The notes under the pieces: model-generated
What the model was told of the DNA's origin: nothing
Seen by the model: only the letters and a program-made list of their open reading frames with translations
Databases searched by the model: none
Position numbers and translations under genes: made by a program
Assembly (NCBI GenBank): GCA_900128565.1
Contig: LT635930.1
Span: 1 to 44,021 of the forward strand
Reading direction: 5' to 3'
Source of the DNA: Stramenopiles sp. TOSAG23-6
Taxonomy: Eukaryota
Length of the DNA stretch: 44,021 bases
In this document: in pieces, positions 19,760-32,000 of the stretch
Numbering within the stretch: the stretch's first letter is position 1
How the letters are laid out: the number at the start of each line of letters is the position of its first letter

Positions 19760-22741
19760 TTACTTATCCCAGGAGGAATCAGAATCATCCTCGGAAGCGT
19801 TTCCGCTCGCTTTTCTAGCTTCGGCTTCTTTCTTTGCCTTCATAGCAGACATTTTAGCCTGAGTTTTCATATTTAGTCTTTTTTGTCGCGCTTTTCTATT
19901 TCGTCTTTCTGCTTGTTTTGATTCTCTCATTGCCTTTGCCTCAAGCCGGCGGCGTCGTTTTTCATATACTTTCTTATCAAGTGCATCATCTGTTGTAAAG
20001 GAAAATTCTTTAACCTTTTGTGTTTTTGATTCAATTCTTGATTTTGCTTTTTTCTTTGCTTTTGCTAAACTTTTATCCCAAGAACTGTGTAACTCATCAA
20101 AATCTGGAACTTCTTTTACCTTTGGTCGCTTATATTTTGACTTGTGAGATCTACTTGGTCTATTATTTTTCTGTTTGGATTCAAAAAGCTGCATTCGATG
20201 AGGCAGCCGACTTCTACGAAGCAATTCTTGTGAACGTCTTTCCACTCGTAATTTCCTTGCACTTTTATCCTTAGCTTCTTTCTCAAGCCATGAAATTTTG
20301 TGTTTAGGAGGTTTACTCTTTACTAGGTGAAGTGATGCTCTGTTTCGTGCTTCTTCCTGTATTCTTTTCTTCTCTTCATGTTGCTGTCGTCGAAGTAAAG
20401 CGGTGGCCTCTCGTTCTTCGATTCCTTTGAACGGATTAGAAGAATTTTGCATGTTTTCGCGTCTTTCCAATGATAATCGTATTCTACGATCTTCTTGTTC
20501 TTTTATCATCATTTCATACCGAGGTTCAAGTGTGGACTGGGGTACATCCTTTGCTTTAAAATGAAAATTGCGCATTTCTCGGATTCTATCTCGTTTTTGT
20601 TTTTTATACTCTTCGATATTTCGTTGTGCACAAGTCATTTTTGACAACTTTAGTACACCACGTCTTGAGGCTGCACGTTCTGCAGCAGCACGTTTTGCAT
20701 TTGTTTCATAATCCTCATCAAGTTTCATGTTTTTGGGAAGAGTATTTTGATATTGACGTTTTTCTTCTCGACGACGTGCACCTCTCCAATCAAACATTCC
20801 TTGGTCATCAACTTGCATATGAATTCCATATTGTTTAAATTTTTCATTCATACTCTGTTTCACTGTTGTTTCTTCCTGGTTATCTGAGGGAGTAGGGATA
20901 TTTTCTTGTTTTTCTTTTGTATTTATTACACTATGCTGGGGTATTTCGTCACTTGCTGGACCTTGTGTTGTTTCCTCAGGATCGTTTTTTTTATTATCTT
21001 CAGTTAAACTTGTATCACCCTCCTTCACATTTTGTTCATCTAAATCTTCCTTGTTGAAGTTTAGTTCTTGAGCAACTTGCGTAGGTGTAACTTCATTCGC
21101 CGCCACTGCCTGCAAAAGATTAGATTGGACTTCATTTTTATTCTGTAAAGTCTCGATTAATTCAAGATTTCGCAAGTGTTCCTCTCTCAACTCTAGAAAC
21201 TTTGATAATAAAACAGGATCAATTTTTGGATTTCTACTATCATCTGATTCTGAGTACGAATCATAAGAATCCTGTATGCTACCTGATTGTGGATCTGATT
21301 GAATATCAGATTGTCCATCCTCAACCGAGGAATCATAATTTTCAAGTAAATCATTGGAAGCTCGTTCTTCACGCTCAAGAACAGCCACTTCATTTTGTGC
21401 AGCAGAAAGAATTTCAGCTCGAAATTCCCGCTCTTCTTGTGAAATGTCTTTTTGCTCTGCGGATTGGCGCAATGATTCCAATAATTGTTTTGAATGATGT
21501 AAAACATCGACACGCTCTTTTTCGGAATCTTTTTTCTTTTCAGTGCGAAGTACAATAAGACGACGGTTAGTCATTCCCAATTCCTTTTGCAACGAATAAA
21601 AGTCGGTAGTTGCATCACCAATGACAGACAAGATTTTTTCTGTCTGAATCGTAGTTACTGGATTTTTAGAGCTATCTTCCTCTTGATTACTCCGACCTAA
21701 TTTCACCCGAGAACTGTTTGCTCGATTTTGCTGAACACGAGTATCAGCATACATTCGTGCCATATGATCAGCTAATTGCTCACCACTTTCAGTAATTGAG
21801 TTGTCGTTTTCACGTGGATGGCGGCGATGGGACCAAGGATCATTACTACTCAGATTATATGAATGCTCTTTAGGTCCTTCTTCAAGGCAATCCATCCCAT
21901 GTTTTTGTACCACCAAATCTCTCTCGTTTATATTTGCCGTATCTATTTCATTACTTTGTGTAATTTCCTCGGCATAGTCATGAGGAATTCCAAGTGTTGT
22001 TGCCAAAACCCGTACATTATGACCCTCGGCGAGATTTTTTGCCATTTGTTTTGCATTCGATACTATATTATCAACTGTATCTCGTGATGGCCGACGATAC
22101 TTGGCAAAATCTACTGATGTGGTTATATCTCCCGTTGCAAATGGAATCGATTGATTTGACATTTTATCACTTCTACTACCGTAGGAAGTTACAGGACGTC
22201 TGCTTGTCGATGGTCGTATCCGCCCAGAAGCTGTATTGACAGGTCTTCGGGCGGATTTTGGACGCCTTGAAGAAATTGGACGTTTCGTTCTGCTTGAGCT
22301 CAAAGATCTATTCCATGACTCTGGTAAGGGTTTCCGTTTACCCCAACTTTCTCTCATTAGTTTCTGTTCCATTTGAATAGGTGTCAAATACTCAGGCTCA
22401 GCATTATGTGACTGTGTAGGGATTCCATTGTTGAAATCAAACGTTTTTAGCGCACTAGGAAAAGTGTTTCGTTGACTTTTAGGTCTTAACTTTCCTCGCA
22501 TTGGCTGTACTCGAAATATGTTGTTCCTTTGTTGTGGTTTTGGTGCCGTCATTGGTCGAGTCTTTTGAGAAATACTTACATTTATGGGTGAGTTTGGTCT
22601 GTCGTTACGCCTGGAGTCTTGGGATTCTTTCAGCCTTGAATTCGTCGCAGCTCTTCCGCCAGAGTATTGACTCTTTTTTATTTTAGTCTTTCTTTTTAAC
22701 CCTTTAGTTCTCCGCCTTTGAGCAGATGATGGTCTTGGCAT
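19760..22741 (-). CDS. FAM161/UPF0564-like centriolar/ciliary coiled-coil protein
   Basis: 993-aa ORF. FKAKDVP...PRYEMMIKEQEDRR and VPDFDELH resemble FAM161 family motifs. RPxSA/RPxT repeats. Confidence 0.7.
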   Translation of the reverse strand: MPRPSSAQRRRTKGLKRKTKIKKSQYSGGRAATNSRLKESQDSRRNDRPNSPINVSISQKTRPMTAPKPQQRNNIFRVQPMRGKLRPKSQRNTFPSALKTFDFNNGIPTQSHNAEPEYLTPIQMEQKLMRESWGKRKPLPESWNRSLSSSRTKRPISSRRPKSARRPVNTASGRIRPSTSRRPVTSYGSRSDKMSNQSIPFATGDITTSVDFAKYRRPSRDTVDNIVSNAKQMAKNLAEGHNVRVLATTLGIPHDYAEEITQSNEIDTANINERDLVVQKHGMDCLEEGPKEHSYNLSSNDPWSHRRHPRENDNSITESGEQLADHMARMYADTRVQQNRANSSRVKLGRSNQEEDSSKNPVTTIQTEKILSVIGDATTDFYSLQKELGMTNRRLIVLRTEKKKDSEKERVDVLHHSKQLLESLRQSAEQKDISQEEREFRAEILSAAQNEVAVLEREERASNDLLENYDSSVEDGQSDIQSDPQSGSIQDSYDSYSESDDSRNPKIDPVLLSKFLELREEHLRNLELIETLQNKNEVQSNLLQAVAANEVTPTQVAQELNFNKEDLDEQNVKEGDTSLTEDNKKNDPEETTQGPASDEIPQHSVINTKEKQENIPTPSDNQEETTVKQSMNEKFKQYGIHMQVDDQGMFDWRGARRREEKRQYQNTLPKNMKLDEDYETNAKRAAAERAASRRGVLKLSKMTCAQRNIEEYKKQKRDRIREMRNFHFKAKDVPQSTLEPRYEMMIKEQEDRRIRLSLERRENMQNSSNPFKGIEEREATALLRRQQHEEKKRIQEEARNRASLHLVKSKPPKHKISWLEKEAKDKSARKLRVERRSQELLRRSRLPHRMQLFESKQKNNRPSRSHKSKYKRPKVKEVPDFDELHSSWDKSLAKAKKKAKSRIESKTQKVKEFSFTTDDALDKKVYEKRRRRLEAKAMRESKQAERRNRKARQKRLNMKTQAKMSAMKAKKEAEARKASGNASEDDSDSSWDK

Positions 22742-22878
22742 TTCTTTATTTGAAGTTGAATTTGAAGTAGCAAGACTTGCACGGACTTCGGATCTCAGAT
22801 CTAAAGATCTTTATGTGTGACGAAACGTTACTTTTCCCCAAGATACGTTATTTTCTCAAGAAAAAATCAAATATTTAT

Positions 22879-22930
22879 CTAGCTAGGGTTAGGGTTTCTG
22901 AATCTTGCAAGAAATAACTAGGGTTGGGGT
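22879..22930. promoter_or_regulatory. Telo-box-like elements CTAGCTAGGGTTAGGGTTT and CTAGGGTTGGGGT upstream of the FAM161-like gene
   Basis: Shares the 12-mer CTAGCTAGGGTT with 8078-8089. Confidence 0.4.
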
Positions 22931-23032
22931 AAAATTTATTTTTTAAAATTTATTTTACAAAAAATTTAAAATTTAATTATTTCAATTGGGGTTTGAAACA
23001 TTTTTTCACAATACATTTCATTTCATAATATT

Positions 23033-26000
23033 CTATTGAACTTTCTTTTTTTTCTTCCGTTTTTTTCTAGTTTTTTTCTTACTATTACTATTACTTTTAT
23101 TATTCAAATTTTCTTTTTTTTTTCGTTTCGTCATCTCTTGAGCATGTGCAGTCCAATACGTTTCACCTGTTTTAGACGACGCAGCTTTCCCTAAGATAGT
23201 TCGAGTGAAATCTTCGCGATTGGGCAACTCGGCATTATTTTTGTTCGCAACATTTATTTTTGGCACATTCTGAATGTTATTAGAAAATGTATTGTTGTTA
23301 GGTAATGGATTGGGTACGATATTTTCTTGCATACGTTGTATGGAGTTTCCATGTGGAGCAATAATATTTGGATACGAAACGTTTTGTCGTTGCATTTGCC
23401 ACATTCTTTGAAATTCGATTTGTTCTTTTTGGTTGTACAAACTCAACTCGGGTAATTTTGCACCACACACTCGTTCAGCCTCAAGCCTTGCATTTTTATT
23501 TTCTTCTGCGATATTCCACTGAACAAACTTCATCATTGCATCGTTTAATTTATTAAGATCAGCGATACAGTATTTCTGTCTCTCATTCCAGACAAAATTA
23601 GCATCGTAACGCTTTTTAGCCTCGGTACATTCCGACCAAAACTTTTGAATTGTTTGGGCATAATAATTCAAACCTACTAAAAATGGTCCAGTTTGTAATG
23701 ATGTTCGTCGATGAAGAATAAATCTTACATATGCAGCAGCAGTATGTATAGTCACTGCAGGTTGCAACACATTCGGATTTTTATTAAAGTACCAACTAAT
23801 ATAATCATTGAAACTTTTTTTTTTTGCAATATGTTCCAAAGATGCATTATGAGTTGCCTTGTCAGTGTTTTCGATTATTCCACACCAAGGACATTTAAAA
23901 TTATTTTGAACATTATTTGAAAGACTGGGCCATGCTTCATCGTGTGTATTAAAGTCTTCAGCAGCTGACTCTATGCTAAAATATACTTGTCTATCCTGTT
24001 CCATAGTACGCGGCCATTGATTGTTATAAAAATTAAAAATTTGACGCATATTTGCCTGATACACATCATATTGATGCCGTAGATTAAGATCAAGACACAT
24101 ATAATTGTAATGTTTTCTATTCTTTTCTTGAATTTCCAATCTTTGTTCAACATAAACATCTTTGGTTTCATCGATCGATTTATAATTTTGCCATTTCAGA
24201 AACGCCTCGGCAACTTTAACCTTTTCAAATATTTTTGAAATTCGGTCAAGTTTTTTTACACGATTTTCGTTCGCAATACGTTGAAGCTTTTTCTTTTTCC
24301 ATTCTCGCCAATATTGTTGAATTGTCCGAGCTGCCAATTGAAGGCTTCCGATATCAGTTAAGTCATCAGTAGTATCAGCATTTCGAGACGAAGATACATT
24401 TAGAGTTTGCTGTAAATCAATGTCTTTCTTCATATTTCTCGGTTTCAGTTTTGTTTTATCAGTATCCATCTCCCAATCCCAACTAGGCGGAATTCTTTCA
24501 TATTCAACAACATTAAGAAATAATTTAGACTTTGTTTTTTCCTTCTTCTCTCCTGGATTTTCAACGTCAAACTTGCCAACTTGTGTCCATTCTACTTCCG
24601 TTTCGGTATATACACCTTTGTCCTCTTTTTCAAGCTTCAGTTCTACAATTTTGTCATTTTGATCAACTTCTTTCAAAATATCCGTTACAGCTTGACGAAA
24701 TCCAATCCAATGTATCGGTGAAGTTGGATTATCTTTACTTTGTAAAGCTTTCAATGTTTTCTTTGTAGATGGAAATACCTCTTTAAGGAAACCGAAATGA
24801 TTTGACATACGAAGAAGTTGAAATAATATGACGTGTCCTTCATCTGTTGAACCAATATTCATTACAATCACAAGTAATGCAATAAATGCTCGTCTCCATT
24901 GTTCGCCTTCTTTACGATCGCGAAGTCCACCAAAGAAACCAAGCCCAAAAGCAACTGCGGCAAAACCATCCATTATTCTTGTTGCAAACTTACTCGTCTC
25001 ATCAGGTTTCTTGACATTGCATAAACTTTGACGTAATTTTGATCCACGCTTAAAATAACGATTCATCCAAGATTGAGGTACACGTAACGTTTTACTATCC
25101 GATGCAGAATACGAAGCCATAGGCAAAGTCATTGCGACGAGCTGTTCAAATAACGCAGCGCGTACTCTCATCGGTGCTTCAAGTTCCTTATAACGAATTC
25201 GACCAATACGGGAATCATTGCGTTTTTCTTTTTGGAACCATCGCACGAAATCTGAAAACTTTTCTAAAGCCAAATAAAAATGACTAGAATCGAGACTTTC
25301 TTCAGAATCAATGAAAATACGCCAGAAGAAAAGTGTTTTCTTCATATTTGGATAATAAAATACAAACGGAGGATCATTAGGGCGCCATGACAAATGCCAT
25401 TTTCGTTTTTTAACTTGATTATAATGATACAATTTCTTAAATTCGGATTCGGTGTACGCTGTTGCATCAACTGGATCAAATCGTATTTCCTTATCATTAT
25501 CATTTTTTTTCATCTTTTTTAACTTGAGATTTGCACTGCTAATTTTTGTTTTGAAAGAAACGTCTTTTTCAATTGCATCCATCAATGAATTGACTGCTTT
25601 TTTGTACGCTCCATCGTTTGGTTTACATATTTTCATGTTAATTAACAAATCAAAAATTGATTGAGATGATAGGGATGACGCAGATAATTTATCTTTTTCT
25701 TCAGATGATATTAAAAACTGCCACATCAAATCTAAATTCAATGAACGAAGTATTTCGCTTTTTTCATTTTTTAACTTTACAATATATTTTCTAATCTCAT
25801 CATACTTAGATGGAAGCACAGAAGTATCAAGGATAAAATATCCTAGATTATTTTTACACTTCAATTTCAATGATTCACAGTGACCAGAAAGAATCTTTCC
25901 GAAAGATGTAGATGAAAGTGAAGGATTTTTGTTTTTCACGATACCGGGTAAGAGTGACTGATGATTACGACTATTCTGTTTATCCAAATAATTCGCGGAA

Positions 26001-29000
26001 TTCCAGAATAGAAGGTGTTTAAAACCAACAGAGGACTCATCGGAGTTTTCCAAATCTTCATGATATCGCTTAGAACCAATAGGAAAGTCCAGAGATTCCT
26101 GTGTAGTTTTTACAATATGTCCCGTTAGATATCTTTGAAGCGACGATTGTATTGTATTGAACCATAAACCAATTAGAATATGCATTTCCGATATCAATAT
26201 TCTGGGTTCCTCAAGTTTGGTCTTACTCTTATTTCCATCGCTATCACAATAATCAAGCATACGAAAGAAATGTAAATTTGCTTGAATGTCATTCTGAATG
26301 TCATACGAATTAAAATGTAATTCCGAAGGCTCCAATTCAAAGAACACTTCAATGTCACGGGCAAGAGAACGAGTAGACTCTTTATCAGGATGCAAAGACA
26401 TTTCAAACGCCATTTTTTGTCCTTTTACAAGATTTCTCAATAATTTTATAATGATGTGATATACGTAATCTAATGACCGAATCTCAGTTGAACTAAACGA
26501 TTTTTCTTGTACACCTTGATTTCGTTTTTCCCACTGAGATTTTATATGTGCTAATAATTTTTTCTTATTTACTCTTTTTCCCTTAAACTTTGCAGGTATT
26601 TCGAAAGACTCTTCGGCTGCATATTTTAGAATTTTTTTGGTGGAATCTGAAGTCGTGGGTAGAGGTTTTATTTCGATCTTTTTAGCATCAACTGACTTGG
26701 ATGGTTGTAAATTCTTGACTTCATTGAAAATCTTTACAAGTATATCTTCTCTTTCCACAAAAGCATATGCTGCATATGCGATACGAATAATATTTTTTGA
26801 CTTTAATGCAGTTATTAAACTAGACCAAGATGATTTATGATCATTCAACGATACAGATTTCCACCAGGAAACTTCTTCTACTCTAGATTTCAGATTGATT
26901 TCTCTGAATAAAGTTTCTGCTTTATCAAAATATCCGACTTTTTCGGAATCTTTTGCACGAAATCCTAAATGAAAATTAGACCGAGCCATGAGACTTTTCA
27001 CTTCTGTATTTTTGGTCTCAGATTCAGGTAATTCATCAAAAGTCTTTATTGCATCTTGAAATCTTCCAGCGCGCACATATTCTCGTATTACGTCAACCAA
27101 ACGATTATTTTCACGCAAAATTTGTATACATTGATCTACACATCCATTAGTACGAAGAAATTTCAATGCTTCTTCAACATCTAAATTGCGTAAAGTTGTC
27201 ATCATTTCTGAAATATTATTACGTTTTAAATATGATTTAGCAGATAATTTTTGAAGAACAAGTAAATCATAATTTGGACCCGCATCTTTAAAAATCTTCT
27301 CATGTTCTTTCACGACTTTTAAGGCATCATTATAAAATTCTTTTTTTAAATAAAAGTCTACGACAAATTTATAATCACCTCTCTTCAAATGACACTCTGC
27401 TGCTTTACCAAATTCAGATAAAGACTCATATAAACGAGCTGCGTCATTATACAATCCAACACGAGAACTAATGTGAGCTTCAAGGTGTATTGTTTCGTTC
27501 TTCGATATAGTATTAGAGTCTTCTCTCGATGCAGTATCAAGACAAGCAATTCCAAGACGAATAAAAGTTTCCATTTCTTTTCTTTGAGCTTTAGTCAAAC
27601 TATTATTACCTACATCACCACCAGCATTCTGAGCACCCCTGAGAAACATCTCTGCTGCTTCAAAGAGTTTCTCAGAGCGCTGCAAAAATGTACCTTTAAA
27701 GAAAAAGTACAACTTACTACGATCATTCGCTTTATCTAAACATTGAATAGCTCTCTCAAGCATAGACAATTGAGTTTCTACACTATTATCACCATCTTCT
27801 GAAAGTTTATAAAAATTCGTTGCACGTTCGATCCATTCTGCAGGTGTACTTTTTTCATTACCCGCAAAAAGATTATTACTATTTGAGTCGTCGTGAACTT
27901 TCACAAGGTTCATTTTTCTCCAAAGTTCAAACATAGGTAATCTGGCTTCCTTATCTTCATCAAAAATCCAAACATTTACTCGCGCTCGTGTTATTGCGAC
28001 ATACAAAGATTTCAGTTCAGATTCTAAAATTCGGTGTTTTGATTCGCTAAAAGGTAACTTACGAACATTACCCCAAGTTGAACGAGAACCTACGGTATTA
28101 TCTTCTGTCTTTGCATCTATTTCTTCAGCATCATCCCACATAGATGTTGACTTTATACATCTCCAAGCTTTGTGACTTTTACTATCTCTAAAGAAATTGA
28201 ATAATAAAACATCATCAAATTCTAAACCCTTTGCTTCATTCACAGTAAAAACACAAGGATGTGAGTTCAAGAAATCAATTTTTTTCAGTTCAGCTTTAGC
28301 TTTTGTATCTCTTACAATAACAGCTTGATGAGCTCCGAGTTCAATTTCACTGGTACCCGAGTCTTGACTTCCTACCATTGTACATCCTAACTGATTTCTA
28401 TCACTCACTGCCATTACTAATGGTGCTGGACCTTCAAAAATACCTTCGTCATCAGGCAATTTATCAAGAGAATCTTTGAATAGAATATTTAAAAGATTTA
28501 CAACTGAGGAAGCAAGTTTCAAAATTCCAGAATGAGATCGATAATTATGAGAGAGTTTTTGTAACGCTGGTGTTCTAATTTCTTGTTTTTTGTATATTTC
28601 GTTAAATTGGTGAAATAAAACTTTGACATCCTCAAAACGAAAATGAACACCCGGTGCGATAGATTGTGCCGTATCACCCACAAGTACTAAGTCGTTGGGA
28701 CATTGAGAACAAATTAACATCAACCATAATTCCGCTTGGGTTGCATCCTGTACTTCATCGACATATATTTGATGAATGGGTAGCATATTTTTTTCACCAC
28801 GTTTCATTTGTGCTTCACGCCTCCGTACTAAATTATAAACAAGCATTCCTTTATCGTACTCACAATTCTTCACGCGAAGTTTTTCATATAATTCAAAAAA
28901 TGCATACACTTTCTCTTTCTGTGCATGAGAAAAATTCGATCTTTTGGCACCAAGTTTCTGATACTGGCGTAATGATAGACATCCAGGCCTCAATCGGATA

Positions 29001-32000
29001 TTGCTCTTTTTCGTGTCTTTTTCGTCTGTATCGTCGTCTTCTGTATAATGACTTGTCACCGATGCAATACTACCTTTAATAAATGATACGATTTCGCCCC
29101 ATACGACACTTGGTGAGAATGCTTCAATATCAACACCTTTTGCCACGGCAGACTTTTCCATTTTTGGCCAATATTTGTCAGTAAAAGACGAAAAAGTGAC
29201 TTGCCCACGCCAAACACCACCATTATTATCATCATTTTTTACATCAGCAACTTCATTATCAACAATATCATTATTCATCTTCAATTGATTCACACGATTT
29301 CGACCTAGTCTCATAACGTCGTCTTCTTCCTCACTATCACTAGCATCGGCCCAAGCACCAGCAGCAACAGGTATTTCAGTTAAACATCCAATATCTTCTG
29401 AAAATGTCACTCCTTGCACAAAATCCTCATTTTGACGATGTTGTACAAAAAACGGTTCAATAATATTATCGTCTTCTTCAGCAGTGCCAAGAGAATTATC
29501 TAATATATTGAGAAATTCTGATGTACGTAAAAACATAGGCCATTGTTCTTCACTGATATAACCAGTAAAAGACTTTGGTAACTTGCTCGGTAAAAATTTA
29601 TCACGTGGTAAATCTAAAGTTCCAGTGACAGAAGCACGCATACCTCGGAAATTACGCCACACTTCTTTACGCAGTACGGCATTTCGGGTCATAAAAACCT
29701 GATGCAAATGTTCTTTTTCAAACTTTTTATAATTGATTGGATCGTCTTGTACATTATTGTCGTCATTATTAGCCTCTTCAAGATCTATTCCATTTTCTAT
29801 TTGAAGAGCTCGCTCAGCAGAAGCACGCATTTTTGCACGAGCAACAGGAACGTTAAAGGTACCACCAAATTCAACACCTTCACCCATTATTTTCATTTTT
29901 TCCCAATGCCTTTGAAAACAATTCCACATCTTAAATATACAGCATGTAGTCTTTCCTGTCCCTGAGCGTCCTAATAATAGTAGTGAAGTGGGGGGGTTTG
30001 GTTGATAATAAATAATTTTCCATTCTTTCTCAGTTACACGAAACGGAATTTCTACTTGTATATCACTTTTACTCGTACCTTGATTCAAAATTGCAGTACA
30101 AAACTTTGAATTAAAGTCATAAAACTTCAAAATATTAAAAGCACCAGGTCTGTGTTCACCAGGAGGGTATACCTTCAATGGACTCATAGTAGTTACACCA
30201 GCACTTGAATACGTTTTTGGAAGATGTTGTTCAATGCCAGTACTAGTTCTTTCAATACCACCACCAACACCAGAATCTTCTAATTCTTTGGTAATACGAG
30301 CCTCTCCACCACGTTTCAGGCATAAACGAATATCTTCAATCTTTCTACTTAATTTATCGTGATTTAAAACTACACACCAAATTGTAATCATGTATTTTCG
30401 AAAAATATGACACAAAAAAANTNTTNGGNTACAAANTTNGNTATGAAAAATATATATCAATCTGAAATTGATAATTACAACGTACATATCGACATAAATG
30501 AAAACATCATTTTTTGCATCATTTCGATTTTGCGACAAACCAATATCTTGTTGCCATATGATTCTTGCACCACTGGTTAATTTTGTTTCGTACACTTTAT
30601 ATTTGGAAATAAGACTCTTTGCTTGTTTATAAGAACCCCAAAAACCTTTAGATATCGTAATAATTTCCTCAAATACTTGAATGATTAACCTCATATCTCG
30701 TTTTCGTTTTTTCTTTATCCAACGATACATTTCAGGTGACATTTTTACTTTCCACGGATTCTCTTTTAGTTCTTCATACTTACTTTCTAATTCTTCTTCT
30801 AATGTTTTAACTTTTTTCGGAACGTTTCGAATATTTCGAATGGCGTTGTAGCTTCTGATTGCTGCTTCATCTTCTTCTTCCATCAAATCATCATCATCGT
30901 CTGATTCGCCGGATTCTTCATCATCACTACTGCTTCCATTATCTTCACTATCTCCGTCACTAAGACTATTGCCTTCATCACTATCTTTCTCTGGGAAAAG
31001 AAGAAATAATCCAGGAATTTGATCCAAAAGTTGAGAAATTCTGACACGTATTGCTTTACACTCCGCTTCACGTTGTGCCAACTTTTGTTTTTTCGTAAGA
31101 GTTTTCACTTCTTTCTTAGTGAGAGATGTTTCAATTTTAGTTGTAGAATCTTTGATATCTATCTTTGATCGATCATTCGACTGTTCAGATTTTGCATTTA
31201 CATCATCATCTTCTGATTCGTCATCAAATTCACCATTTTGTCGCTGCTCCCATGCAATCTTTGCATTTTCAAATTCCTTTTCAAATTCTACTATCAACCC
31301 ATATCTCACCTTTTTTTTATTGTTTCTAGGCATATACTCTATTGCCGTTTTACCTTTAGCATTAACCAAAAGAGGATTTATTTTACCTTTATGCTTTTTG
31401 AGAAGATGGATAATAATGGCGCATTTTCGAGAATGTTTTGATTTAGTATGAAGTAATTTGAAAGCTGCATGAAGAGGAGTGTCTTTGTCATCAGATTCTT
31501 CATTATTCCAATTTGGATTTGCTTTCACTTTTAAAAGTTCTGCAACTAATGTGACTGATCGAGTTTCCACAACAGCATTGTATAGAAACAAATTGAATAT
31601 ACCATCAAGAGAATTTAACAATATTGAAGCTTTCGTTGATTTACTTTCGACTAACTGTCCTGAAGATATTTGTTTACGTAAATTCATCATCAGATGTTTC
31701 TGAATTTTTCGATACTTTGGAATAAAACATTCATATATTTGCTTATCTGACAACTTCGAATTTTTCAACAATGTCGAACCCTTCTCTTTCACACCTGATA
31801 AAAACAATTCTACTGGACACAAACCATCACGATTACCTAATAATAAGTCATAATCTTTGTTGCCAAAAAAGAAATCAAGCTTCACTTGATAAAACTGGCT
31901 AAACATAAAATTTGTGATATCCGCTTCTTCAACGTCTTCGGGCAATGAATTTTTAAAAAATTCTCTGCGAATTGATACATCTCTATTATCGGCATCAGAT

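Noticed and set aside
23001-23016. TTTTTTCACAATACAT identical to the 3' end of the 18066 copy
   Set aside because: There is no TACCTAAC core upstream and it is antisense to both neighbours. It may be chance in AT-rich DNA or an unscorable relic.
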